A DNA stretch of 64,000 nucleotides, taken from Takakia lepidozioides. Lineage: Eukaryota; Plantae; Bryophyta. The notes under the pieces were generated by a model. That model searched no databases. It had not been told where the DNA came from and saw only the letters and a list, made by a program, of their open reading frames with translations. The stretch covers positions 74,152,001 through 74,216,000 of the forward strand of contig CM060731.1 of NCBI GenBank assembly GCA_030704615.1, read 5' to 3'. Each line of letters starts with the position of its first letter. Positions within the stretch are counted from its first letter, which is position 1. Position numbers and translations under genes: made by a program. Below are positions 1 through 12,619 of this stretch, piece after piece.

Positions 1-2050
1 GTGCCCTGATGATCTGTGTCTTGAGGTATTATCCATGGGTTTCATTATTTCCTTCGTTGAAAGGGATGAAACCCAGGCCACACCTTCAGGGCAATTTCGA
101 GTCCATATATTGTACATTTGTCGATAGTTATAATGTATTCCCCAATCTTTTTTGCTTAATAAAGCAGCTAACTCACCCTGACACTCGAGTAGGAAGTGTT
201 CTATGATGGTTTTTAGGCAAAGAAGTGTCAGGATACTAGTTTGTTTGCTCTCCGACTTTGGTCCTTTTTGAATGAATATACAGCCTCCATATTTGCAATG
301 TATTCTTTTGGTCTTTGCTTCCCGGGTTTGGCTGCTCCCACAATTTCATCTCATCGTTCCCTGTCTAGCCTTGCAAAGCGCTGGAGGGCTGCATGGAAGA
401 CTGCAAGGGATTTCTCAACAAATTGGCAAGCACACTACAAGGTTTGTAGGTGTTTCCTTCTCATGGAGTGTTCAGATTGACAATCCGGAGGTCTATACAT
501 CAGATCAAGTAAAAAGGCTCCAGTTCAATTTCATCTAGCGCAGTGGTCTAAGTCAAGATCAATTCACTTCCATCTGTTGAGCCCACTCCATTTCACCACA
601 GCTAAATCATGTTGGCATGGGATTGAACATACTACATCTACTAAAATTTCTTGCATCTTAACAGGATATGCAAATTGCAATGGCAAAATTTCTGGATTTT
701 TCAATAGATGCACCTGCGTGTCCACTCCTGATGGATTCCGGGTTTCCGTGGGTAACTGTAAGCACCCATATCCCACATCCCTTTCTTTGTAGGCTAGCTT
801 GCTGTTGAGAGCTCTATTCCATGACTCTACCTGTGAGTCTGGTCTGTCTCTCTTATCTGTGTCAAGAATAGTCGGTTTTCTTTCCCTTTCTTTCTTCTCA
901 ACCACTGCTTTCTTTTCAGGTTGAGTTTCATACACCCTGATGGGATGAACCCCGACTGGCTCTGGGAGGTTGATAGTTCGTGGGGACTGCACCCTCTAAT
1001 GGTTTAGTCATGCGCACATACTATCTCTATAGGCATTGGAAAGGTTCAGGTTGGGATCCCAACCTGAGGATGGAAAAAGGTAGATGGGTTAATCTGCACT
1101 GTAATGAATGCTTGTACCCAGCTTGCGCCAGGGAAGACAGGCAGGAGATTGGGGCTGAGGAACATTTCTTCTTCCGCTTTCCACTCTATTATGAAATCAG
1201 GGCCTGCTACTAGTACCTGTTCATGTACAGCCAATCCCTTACAGAGGTCTTTCTTTCATCATGAGGATCAGATATACCTGGCTGCATATGTCCATGAAGG
1301 TCTCAACCTTTGCGAATCTCCCGATTCCGAACAGTGGTTTTCGGGTTGCTTGTAGAGGACCCCGACTTTCTTGTTTCCTGCTTTTTTTGGTCCCATAAGC
1401 TTTTCAGCTTCCTATGAATACTATAAAGCTTATTTCTTTGTCTCCCATGGGCCCTGTGGGTGTCATAAAGACTATGGGTTGCAGGTCAACCCCAGCAAAA
1501 CCAAAATCATGGTTTTCAATGGCCATGCTGGTCGGAAATCAGACCTTGTCAAGTTGGGAATGCCACATTTGGCATATGCCATGCCGTAGACTACTTTCAA
1601 ACAGTCCTCTTCAACCAGCAAGAGATTGAGGTTGTGAAATTATACCCATACCTGGGTCTGGTTATCCACTCACCCACGTTTCAGTTTGCATCAACCGCTA
1701 TGGACAGATTGATGACGGGCAAGCTGCCTCCAATGCCTTCAGGCCACTTATGGTTGTGACTTCTGGCACCTGGTGTCCCAGTTTTCTGATAGGGACAAAA
1801 TTTGGAACCGCTGCATTTGTCTTTCCTTCAAGGAATGCTTGGGGTTAGAGGTACAACACCATCACAGATTCTATCTGCGGAATTTGCATGTGTACCGTTT
1901 CACACTGAGGTCATCTTCCGGCTTACAATCTGTCTTACAAGGTTACAAGCCCTTTCACCGAAACTACTGGAGTGAGCCCTCATAAAGGTAGTGTCTGTTC
2001 CCTCTTGTTCCGCCCAAACTGGACACGGGGTCTATGGCCACATGGCTACA
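1..2050 (+). mobile_element. Degenerate non-LTR retrotransposon (LINE) relics, probably inside an intron of the phosphatase gene
   Basis: 1035-1215 reads RFRLGS/NLRMEKGRW...IGAEEHFFFRFPLYYEIR, a LINE ORF2 C-terminal Cys/His region. ~1460-1660 reads YGLQVNPSKTKIMVF...IEVVKLYPYLG, the end of an RT domain. Frameshifted. 1-830 is homologous to ~54120-54880 and to ~28780-29590 (rc). Confidence 0.7.
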
Positions 2051-2192
2051 GTAAACGTCTCAAACAAGGTTCCCTCTTCACCAGGCAAACAACCTAACAT
2101 TCTTTCTCAAACAACATTCCTTCTTAAATTCTTATGAATACATTCTCAACACACAAAATGCAGCTTGAGTATATGAATTTCTTTTCTTCCAG

Positions 2193-3409
2193 TTCTGTGG
2201 GGTAGTCTCCATCTTGCACTTGTGTCTGTGTGGCAGGCAGTGGATGCAATCGAGTGTGGCAGATATCATGGTGACCCTGCACCTGAGGGAGTGACTGATG
2301 CACAGATAATCGAAGTGCGAGGGCATCTTGCACATAGATATGCTGCGTCTTTTCAGGTTCCAATCATCTGTTCAAATACTTCTACACTTATCCTTTGCAG
2401 TTGGTTGCTTACAGACTGAAGTTGTGTCTCTCCTGTTTACCTTTTCATCACATTTTGTGCTCATAAGTGAAATTTCACGTGCACAGGATAGGGAGATTTT
2501 GCAGCTATCAATGGGAAGGCTAGTGAAGGAAATAGTGGATGCCCTCTTGGTGTGTGCCCATGGCTCCTCGTCAGGGAGTCCTGATTTGTTTCTCTACTCA
2601 GGTCACGATGCCACTCTCCTGGAACTTTCAGGTATGTCAATTGTACGCATCCACTCTCCAGTGAATGAAAAGTAGCCAAGAAACTTGCAGATGCTTTAGT
2701 TTTCAAAGTGCATATGTTTCTCCGTCGTCACTTTCATATGCCAGCTATTTTGTCACAAGATGACCACAGTCAACCTCCAAGAGGTACAACTCTCTCTCGC
2801 ATTGGAACCCCAGGTGCATGTCTCATCTCTGTTCACAACAGGAACGGAGCTGTGGGCATTATGCTTTCTAAGATGATCTAAAGACCCTGCTGATATAAAT
2901 TTCGGGTTGACTTGCATATTACCCGTAAGGTGAAATGCCATAATCCAGTCTAGTCTACCATCCTTCCAAGTTGGTGAGGTAGTGCTGAGCATTCTCTAGA
3001 TTGTCCACATGGGAGTACTCCAAATGTTGATCTGATCTCTGAGAATTGCTAAACCCTGATTGGCATACCTGAAACTCGTAAATGAGTGACAAATTGTCTG
3101 TGTTTGGTGCAAACAGTGGCTTTGGGTGAGCGTTGGCCAAGTTGGCCAGCCTATACGTCATCTATCTGCATTGAGTTATGGCAGATTCCAAAAGGAGACC
3201 AGCAATTCGTTCGGGTTCTTTATGATGGTCAGGAAATAGCCCTCCCTATGTGTCTGGGACACGAGAAGGATTCCAGGAAAACACTTCTCACATTGGATGA
3301 ATTTTATGAACTTGCCAAAGGGAGCATGATCTCGGAGGAAGATTACAAATGTCAATGTCAATGTCAAGACTTGGATGAGTTGGAAAAGCTTTCAGTTTCC
3401 TCGTTATAG
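2193..3409 (+). CDS. Histidine acid phosphatase (clade 2, ACP6/prostatic-type), last three exons: 2193-2356, 2487-2631, 3117-3409; the 5' exons lie outside the window
   Basis: GT-AG junctions join in frame. Contains LFLYSGHDATL (HD proton-donor motif), WPAYTSSICIELW and FVRVLYDG, with stop TAG at 3409. The RHG motif is not in the window. Confidence 0.8.
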
Positions 3410-3707
3410 CCATAGCATTGTTGCTAAAGCTGCTTATGGGAGGATTCATTGGGCCTTATATATTTGGCAAATAAAGCATCAATGATTGATCAATATGGCC
3501 CATTACGTTTTGCTACAGAATGCCACTCTTATTTTTGTGTAGTTGTGCATGCCATTTCTGTCTGCACAGGGGGAGTAAGGAAGAACTCAAATTTACAAAG
3601 GAAAAGTTTTCTACTGTTCCAGAGAGGCAGCAATTCAAGGCCCAGAGCTTTGGTTCGGTACAGAGGGGAATTGTCAACATGAATACTGCATTTGACAACT
3701 AATGTCT

Positions 3708-3815
3708 GCTAAGCGTAGCCCAAATGGTCCGGGGCAATATCATGCCTGTATGCAGCGTCCACCTGGTATGTAATCCAGAGGTTTTCAAAATGGAGGGGTC
3801 AAATCTCTCCACTCT
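3708..3815 (+). mobile_element. tRNA-derived SINE-like head
   Basis: A-box-like TAGCCCAAATGG and B-box-like GGGTCAAATCTC; no proper cloverleaf. Confidence 0.35.
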
Positions 3816-4361
3816 CTCTTGTTGATCTATGTCACAGTTGCATTATCGTGGTAGACATGCAGGATTAACCTCAATTGGATCTACTCTTTCAGACAAACTG
3901 TAGCCACTCTCTTATCGTGCAAGATATCAATCAATGGAAGGGAGGTGGCATGTCTGCATCTAGTCCTCGTCTCTCCCCCTCTCTTGTCACTCTCAGGTGG
4001 CTTTTGTAGTAACTATCAAACAATAAGATGACCACGGCAGTGTGAGTTACAGTGCTCTGGAGCACGACTCTGCATTTTATTTCCTGAAGATGGGCATTGA
4101 TGGGCGTGTGGTATTCCAATGTGTGAAATTGTGGTGAGTGTGGCTCCGTATAGTAAGGCCATGCATGCACTTGTCTTATGCCTGCCACTGCAAGTCTGGA
4201 GTTCCATGGGAGACGGACCCCTTGAGAATCTCCTGATTAAACATTATTCATAAAACCAGTTGAACCGGAAACCTCTGCTTCAATTTGCCAATCCTTGCTT
4301 GGAACCTTGAGACATGGGTGACACTGAAATATTTGCAAGCTTATTATTCTAGCGACGACCG

Positions 4362-5050
4362 CGGAAGCTAGTTTAGCATAGAGCAGGAATAGGGTGCCAT
4401 AGTGCCTCGTCATCGTCTCCACGTCATCGTCGTCGTCAATTTCTTTGGAACCTGCCCGAAATGCCCGAAAATAACCGGAAGAGGCGTCTTGCAGCGCGGA
4501 GGGAGACATTTGCAGATTATGAGTACACCGCATGAGAGCTGGAATTTGCACGATGGTGGGACAACCGCAATCGCAAGGTGTGGCTTTTCTTAATGTACGA
4601 TGTGAAGAAGTTTGTCCATCTTGCAAATGTGGGCTCTTGGCTCCTGTTAGTACGACGATTTGGTATTCTTCCTGATGTTTACAAGGTTCTTGCGAGAGTC
4701 AGCTTGGTCTTAGCAGGCCGTGTTTCAATCTCTGCCTGCTCAGCTGCACCGTGGTGGTTCTCACAGATCAATCCGACATCACCTGACTACAGACACAAGC
4801 AGCACACACAAGAGGTCCTTTTGGGTTGATGGTCGGTCAAATCCTCCATGGGTCATGACACAAGGTCGAGGACAATGTGGTGAGGGCACCTTCTTCTTCG
4901 ACCTATTTCAGCCTGTTTTTCCCTCTGATCAGACTCGGCCCTGAGATGCATATTGAATTCTGTAAGTTAGCTCGTTGGGTGGATCTGTGGTGGTTTGGAG
5001 TGACTTTGACAAGTTACTGCCGATATGGCAGCAGGAAAGTATCCATGAAG
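4362..5050 (+). repeat. Dispersed repeat family A (PPR-associated)
   Basis: GAAGCTAGTTTAGC(A/G)TAGAGCAGGAATAGGGTGCC start and downstream body recur at ~9130, ~16185 and ~60745 (rc). Confidence 0.8.
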
Positions 5051-6769
5051 TTTAATGGACCCTCTTTGGATTTGTGAGAAGGTTTCACCCGGACTGTGTG
5101 CATCTTGTATTCAGGAAAGTTAATGATGTTTCCCCAGACTGATGCCTTTGAGTACGTGCGCACAGGTACTGTGGAATTGCTGGCAGCTTGCAAGCTGGAA
5201 AACATTTTCAGCTGCTGTCTTGAAGACTGCTGCTGCCAGCAAAGAGCTTCAGGATCAGAAGGAAGATGAGTTCAGCTTCACGAGGTATCTCATTGTACTA
5301 ATGCTTAGGTAGGTAGAAGAGCAGCTCCTTGGGATTTCAGTAATGATGTATTTGCTTATCCACTATATCTGTATCTTGGCAGCTTGGTAGTTCGGGCGTA
5401 CTTCGAGCCATCCTTCCCCACGTCAGTAGCAGGAAACTATGTTGCTGGTATCCTCAAGGGGCACAAGCGAAGGAAAGTATGTCATTTTGGGACCTTGCAC
5501 GCAGCGTCTCTTCTACCACTGAAAAGGATTTGTCCAAGTCTCGCCAATTCTCTGAAATTCCAGTCCTCAACATGCTATTTTCACAGGTCTTGCTCTACTC
5601 CAAATTCAAATTGTGTTCCTTGGAACATATCATTACTCCAGAATCATGTGATTTACTCCTAGTGTGCAAACATTTGCTGTCTCCATAAATGTACTGTACT
5701 TGACTGCCATATGATTATGTCGCAGGTGACATCACAGTTAGTTACCTTAGGCATTGGTGCCTGAATAACACAGCCTCCTGTCATAAATGCAGTGACCTTG
5801 CAGGGAGTATTAAGTAAGCAGGCCCAGTACCTGCATTCACTGGCTAAATTGTTTTCTGGCATCGCTACTATTTGCTTGCAACCCTCCAGAAGAAATGATT
5901 GGTTGGAAAGTATGTGATATTTATCCATCCCTAACTTGAGACTGTACACCATGCTGTGGCTTTGCAAACGTCCAGCTCACCAGGGATCCGGAATCGACGT
6001 CCTACATCTCGCTTGGGATGCTTTGTGTGCAGTCTGTGGGCTACATAATTCCTCTTGACTGATCACCTAAGATCTCTGCCCTTTTGTTCAAGGAGTTGTC
6101 TATCTGATGTACTTTGGTTCTCAATACTGGCTCCAAATGGAATAGCAAATTATTATGAATTAGCAATGTTACTGAAGATCTAGTATCTAGCAAGCTAATA
6201 TGCCCGGATTGTCATATGGAATCTGTACTGAACATGAGTAACTTCAAATCCAACCTCATGAGGGTAGCAACTACTTCTGAGAGCCTCTTCGTCAGCAATT
6301 GCATTGTGAATCTTTTCATACTGGATCAGCAATGTATGAACATGTATGTAGCTGCAAGTGCTTTTACAGGGTTTTAACAAACATGTGTGGTGTGAATTTC
6401 TAGCAGAGTTGAGTACATCATCTTGACAATCACCATGTCATTTAAGCTGCAGCTTCCATCTTTTCCATCCCCTTGTGGCCCAGCAACTTTTGGCTGAAGA
6501 GACTTCTTCCTGCACCTTCCCGAGTTCGATTCTTGGGGCAGATGTGATTTTCTAGTGCATTCACATATTTGGCTAGATTTGCATGTTATCTCATACTGGA
6601 AGGTTTGTCAATGAGTTATTTCAACTGCCTGGTGTTGTAAGAGGGGCGGAAGCGTTGTTTGCACAGATGAATTCAGACACATGAGAAGTTGAGACTGGAT
6701 ACAACCCGCTAATGGAGGGCCAGTGGACCCAAAGCATCATGTTTCTTGTGAAATCCCTCACACTGGTAG

Positions 6770-7200
6770 CTTTCCTTCTGACATCCGCCTTGCTGAGAAG
6801 GTGTGGAAGGAACGTATGATAGCTGCCTCTCAGGCAGAGCTCAAATCAGCTGCAGTGGAACTCCCGAGAAAAAGCAATGTAATTTTGGTCTGTGGGATCA
6901 CCCATGTTGTGAGTTTCCTGGTGGTGCTTGCTGTTCATGTTGCTAGGACTAACCATGACCAAACAGCATTGACGAAGGATGTCAATGACTTGCAAATGTC
7001 CGGGACTCATGTCTTGCAGAAGGAAGCAAAGGAGTATTGAGGGCTGGTGGAGGACCTGTTCCTGCTGCCGCAGGTTGTGGGTTCAGCTCTGTGGTGTACT
7101 GGATTCACTGTTGTTCTTCCATCAACTCCGTTTTCTCCTGAAGCATTATAGAAACTTCTGGTATGGTTCTCGTCTTTTCCATGAATTATATGAGAAACGG
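6770..7200 (+). pseudogene. DUF2921-family membrane protein fragment
   Basis: RLAEKVWKERM...VILVCGITHVVSFLVVLAVH...EY*GLVEDLFLLPQVVG resembles the plant DUF2921 motif GLVQDFFLLPQ; in-frame stop at 7038-7040. Confidence 0.65.
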
Positions 7201-8399
7201 AGATGGAGAGGTACTTATGCACACAGCTGTGGTCCATGGTGGAGCAGCGCGGAGGCCGCGTTGCAGTACACTTATTAGGGGTGTGTAAACGGTAGAGATG
7301 TAGTCGTTGGCAATTGAGGGCTTACAGGCCGTTGGCGTGATCAGACTACTGAGGGCATGGTCTCAGAAGGATATCAACCCTACCAGAGCAAGTATTGGGG
7401 CCTCCACACACAGCTAATGACAATCTTGCAACAGTGAATTGCAAGTTGACGTAATTAAGGGCTGGTATGGCCATGCTAGAATACACGACGCTTACTCCAG
7501 AATTGCCGCGGTGTCCCCCAATTTGGCCATTTTCTTTACACTGTCAGCGACTGTGTCTGGAAAGAAGAGAGAGACTTTTATGGAAAAGCCCAGATGAGCA
7601 TTTCTTTATAAGACTGGGGCAACCCGGAGTTCCTTACCATCCATGTTTTAATGGTGTTCACAGGCAGTCAAGGCAAAAAGTATAGAACGGCTTTGGCAAG
7701 AATTCATGTAAGATGCTTCACAGTGGTGTAGAAGCATTTGACTCCCATTGGCAATTGTCGTCAGTGCAATCGGCCATCCACTTACATCTTGAAATCCCCC
7801 CAGACAACTGGGCTGATAAGGTGAAGCTCTCTACTGCTACCCAATCATGTGCAGTTCCTATGATAAAATGACAGTGGTTGTTTTCTGATTGAAGCTGGTA
7901 TGATGCACCATGATTTTAGTGCTTGTGGTTCTTTGAAAATGACCCAAGCATTCAAGTTAGTTCTGTGGCCTCTTTATTGGTTTATTCTCGTGGAGTGGAG
8001 CTTTAGTGGTCGAAGCCCGGTATACTAGGCTTTTGGTAAATCTTATAGCTGCTCAGCTGCTCACTAGTGTTTATTAAGGGCAAGCACAACCTGATGGTGG
8101 ATCCAATGTCAATGTAAACCATGCTGTTCCATGTCAACAAATGTGATGGGTATTGTTTTAAGGCTTCTAACTCGTACGTTCTAGATGACTCTGGGGGTTT
8201 GTACCCCTGTTAATAGCACGAAGCCTGTTGTCATGGAGAGATTTCTTTGAAAATTTGTATGGGAAGGTTTGCAACTAAGAATTTAGAGTCATGCAGGATG
8301 GCAGGCCTGAATCAGGCAAAATTATTTGCTTAACATCAGACTTGCAATAGGGGACTGCCTCCACCATCGGCACACCACCAACCTCTTGTGTCAATTGTG

Positions 8400-8915
8400 G
8401 GGATGTGAGGACGCTATGGAAAACGGGCAGACCACAAGGTGCGCTGCACATTTCAAATGAGCACGGCATTCGGGCAGATTGCAGTACTTATGTGTGCTTG
8501 TTGCCGGATTGTGTCAAAATGAAAAGCCTAGCAGAGGGAAAGCAAGTGCATACCCACATTATCCAAGGCGGATTCAAGCCAAACATCTTCCTGCTCAACA
8601 TCCTTGTCAACATGTATGCCAAGTGTGGGAACCTGGTTGATGCACGCCAAGTGTTTGACAAATGCCTGAATGGGATATGTTTACCTGGACTATAATGATC
8701 ACAGGATATGCTAAGCATGGGTGTGGAATGGAAACTGGGTAGATTTATAAGCAACTGCAATTAGACAGGATGACACCCAACGGGTCACGTTCACTTGTAT
8801 TCTCAATGCATGTGCCAGCCAAGTAGCCCTGGAAAAGGGCAAAGAGGTCCATGCTGACATCACCCAAGCTAGGATTGCCCCCAGATATCATTCTGGAGAC
8901 CACTCTAGTTGACAT
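8400..8915 (+). pseudogene. PLS-class pentatricopeptide repeat (PPR) fragment
   Basis: SLAEGKQVHTHII..GFKPNIFLLNILVNMYAKCGNLVDARQVFDK / TWTIMITGYAKHG / TFTCILNACASQVALEKGKEVHADI, with frameshifts and a stop. Confidence 0.9.
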
Positions 8916-9279
8916 TTGGCTCTCTGTTTGACACGAATGCCTATGTGGGAGGCATGTGGGAGTATGAAGGATGCGTTCTCAGTGTGCATCATCTTATTAC
9001 TGCCAAACATCTGAACAGTCAGGAAGACTGATCCAGCCCTTGGACTTGCATTGTTCCGTGAAAGATATTTTCATCAAGCACTTCATCATCCGAAGAACGA
9101 TGAAATACGGCATGTCTGTATGTAACACCGAAAGCTAGTTTAGCGTAGAGCAGGAATAGGGTGCCATAATGCCACGTCATCGTTACCACGTCATCGTCAC
9201 AGCGTTTCGTAGCCACGTCATTGTTGTCGTCAAATGTTTTGGACCCTGCCCGAAATGCCCAAAAATAACCGGGAATTTG

Positions 9280-9966
9280 CACAGCTGGGGTTTGTCCTTC
9301 TTTCCCGTTCATGGGACTTCTTGCTTCTTGATCTGAGAACTCCCACGCATCCCCGCACAGCTGCTGTGTACAAGTTTCGAAGAAAATTAGATGAAGAGGA
9401 AGGGAGCTCGAACAGTGTTGCAGCATCTGCCTTGCTTGAGCTTCTGTCTAGAGGAGGGTATGCAACATGTCATCAGTATATTGCTTATATGAGCGATGGG
9501 GAAACCTCAGCGGCAATGGATGTGGATGGGGATGTCTCCTCTTTACCAACCATCACTCTGTGGAGTTGGGAGCCAGATGGGGGCGAGCGACCTAGATTGG
9601 CACTTGCCATGGATACAGGGGAGATTCGTATAGACGTTCAAGCACAGGAGGGGTTTCCACAAATTCAAGTGAGACAATGTCAATACAGATGCTCCCCTTG
9701 TAATGTAGTTCTGTGGACAAAGGGAGGTTTCCTTGCTGTGTTGGTGGAGATGGGCGGCGGCCAGGTTCTCCGGTGTAGTGTCAGTGGCACTCTGACTTGT
9801 TGTTCAGAACCTGGCTCCAATTGTGGATTTTGCATTAGTTGACTACCATGGGGAGAAGCAGGCCCAAATGTTTGCATGCTGCGGTGCAGGGCAGGAAGGG
9901 TCTTTGCGTATCGTTTGCAATGGAATCTGTGTTGAAAAGCTGCTAACCACTTCTCCTATATATCAG
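9280..9966 (+). pseudogene. Exon of an At3g11960-like DDB1/RSE1/CPSF-A family beta-propeller gene, frameshifted
   Basis: LLLDLR...VAASALLEL...WSWEP...LALAMDTGE...VLWTKGGFLAVLVEMGGGQV, frameshift at ~9800, then VQNLAPIVDF...EKQAQMFACCG...EGSLRIVCNGICVEKLLTTSPIYQ|GT; the 5' side is interrupted by repeat A. Confidence 0.8.
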
Positions 9967-10482
9967 GTATGAAAGTCTACAGGTTAGAACAAGGAACTTC
10001 ACCTACCAGGATTAAGTGTTTGGCCTGTGATTGCTCAACCTATGAATGGATGGACATGGACAATCTGATTGTGAACATCAGCACTATTGATTTGAGTTGA
10101 ATGACCTCTTTCAATTTTACAACATGTTGCTCGAATGGGACCACACGCCGTGCACCTTACTGATGGTGCGTTCCCCCTGCCCAGCTGGTCCCTTCCATGG
10201 TGTCCCTGGAATAACATAACTACACAGAATTGCATTGCAAGTATGCAAGCTTGCATGTTGAATCTCTCTAAGTTTGCCTTGAAATCTTCACCGTGAACAA
10301 GCTTAAGAGGAAAGAGCAAAAGCCCTTGTGAGTTCTTGCAGCACTATCTGTTGAGGTCTGTACTTGAACAGGTAACTGTGGTGAATAAGCTGCAAATGAA
10401 GAGGCGCTTCATTGCAGTGGGGTGGGGTCCAACATTTTGAAGTTGAGGGAAAAAATGAATCTAGTTGTGGTACACCTTGCAG

Positions 10483-12248
10483 GGCATGATCGAATATCCA
10501 TCAAAATGTGTGGCATCCTGAACCTCTTGTTGGGAAGAAGGGCACTTGAAGGCTGTGATTGTGGTGACAGGGAAGATCATTAGCAAGAATGGCGAGAAAG
10601 AGGATGTAGTGCCAGCTCTGCATTCAATTCGACTGCTGTGTTTGGAAGCTGGTGTGGAAGGACAGCTCGTTGTTTCTGGACGCAACCTGCAACTGCCAAA
10701 TACGAGGTGAGGTACTTTGGAAGTAGTTTGTCTGCCAGTTGTATGATAACCAATTCCTGTCATGAATGGTAAGAATGGTAACAAGTAAAAGAGATACCAC
10801 ACTCACACATTTTGTGTCACTCCAGTGATTAGGGCAAAATTACAGGGGAAGAAATGGATCGAGGAAAAAGAGAGGCAAAACACACTTGGACAGGTTATGT
10901 TGGATACTATGTTAATTCCTGTGTGAAAGACACAGATGCATGAAAGTAGTCTAGCCCAAACTATGGGTCCCTTTGTAATGAATGCATTGTGTTGAGGGTT
11001 GCTGTTCTCAGTTCTGGGTTGCTCTGTGCTGCATTGTTGGGAGAAAATTATAGGGGTTTGTCAGTCCTTAACCAGTTACCATTGTGGAATGGAGCAGATT
11101 GCTGGTATCATCTGCAGGGAAATATGTGGCAGCATCTGTTTTGGGCACCAGTTGTAAAAGCAAGGAAGAGGAAGAGTTGCGGGTCAGCATTCCCGCACTG
11201 CAAAATTCCCCAGGTGGAGCAGTGTATTTTGAGGTACCGACTCTGCCACTTGCTGCTAACTCTGTTGGGTGGATGCAGAGGTCAGCATATGCCTTCACGG
11301 TCCACACATGTGTTTTTTTTTCATTTCCCAAAATTGCCACAGGGGCCTCATGTGAATTCTACCCAGCATCCATGTGGCGAGAATACTGAGTTGGCAGGGT
11401 TAGAAAAGTGGCTATATAACAGGTGTCATGTTTTAACAGGTCTAGGCAAAATCAGGCTCATGATATTCAACTACTGGCGTTTCTGGCAAATCTTTTGGAG
11501 ATTACCCCACATGATTCCTTTGTACAAGTAGCTGACCCATTTTCCAGGTCGAAATGCGGCGATTTTTTGCCAGACGATAGAACACTGGTCCACTTGTCGG
11601 CATCCATGGTCAGCCTAGAGTTTTTTTCCTCAACGAAGCTCTTAGGGACATGGAAAGTGCAGTGGAATGATTGCGGTGCTTGTGTTAGATGTAGGTAGTG
11701 TGGCTTCCCACCTTTTGGCTTGCTGAACTGCTACTAATCTCCTTTGCTTTAGCATCCACTATCTGCAGAAGTCGCAGAAAGCATCTTCTTGAGTTTATAA
11801 AAGTGAGTAGGGACTGACATGTAAGAAAATGTGGACACTCATGTTCTTTTCTTGTAGGGTTTGCACAGATTCAATTTTTGGTGGGCTGGAAATGTGTTTG
11901 ACTGAGATAAAACCATATCAGTGGATGTAGATTCAAAGAACCATGGCTCTGCTCCTTGTGGTTTTTTCTCTTTCCCTTCATGCAGCTTAAGCAAGAGAGT
12001 AGAAGGTCTGGCTGTACCCCTTCCATTTTGCCAATCAATCTCATTTGTGGTCTGAAATGTCTCGTATTGAGTGGCAGGTGGAGCATGAGGGAGGGACCAG
12101 TAATCCAATTGTAGTGCTGGTGGCAGATAGGAGGGTACGTGCTGAGATTGAAACATTGGAGTGTGAAGCAAGCAGCAGCCGAGTGCAGGATCTGCTGGGA
12201 GATCTTGGTTGGATTTTGACAGAGGCTACCTGCAAAGGGGAAACTTAG
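10483..12248 (+). pseudogene. SPL7: SPL7-like gene, 3' exons (10483-10706, 11098-11233, 12078-12248), inverted relative to its 5' half
   Basis: PALHSIRLLCLEAG..LVVSGRNLQLPNTR|LLVSSAGKY...AVYFE|VEHEGGTSNPIVVLVAD...LLGDLGW follows the SPL7 C-terminal region. In-phase GT-AG introns; in-frame TGA near 10520. Confidence 0.8.
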
Positions 12249-12619
12249 GTAGTCTCAGCACATCTCTCTCCACCCGGCCCAAAAGGATAAATCAAGGAAG
12301 AGAAAGAAGACCATTTCAATAGAAAACTACACCTGCAAAAAGGGAGCAGAGATTAATAAGATCTAAACCCCTCTCACGGGCTTCACCAACAGAATTCCTT
12401 TTGTCCCTGCCATCTTGTCAGACATAAAATAAAGCGCTTCCAGCATTTGATGATCTCCAATCACATTATCAAGATACCTTTGGGCTTTGATAAGTGTTAT
12501 TCAGGAGGCTTGTCAGCAAAGTTCCAATAGCCCCCACAATGCTTGCAAAATAAAATTAGATCAAATAAATTGGTTTGAGTTTTCAACCTCGTATGAAAAT
12601 GCCAAGAATTTGTCAATAC

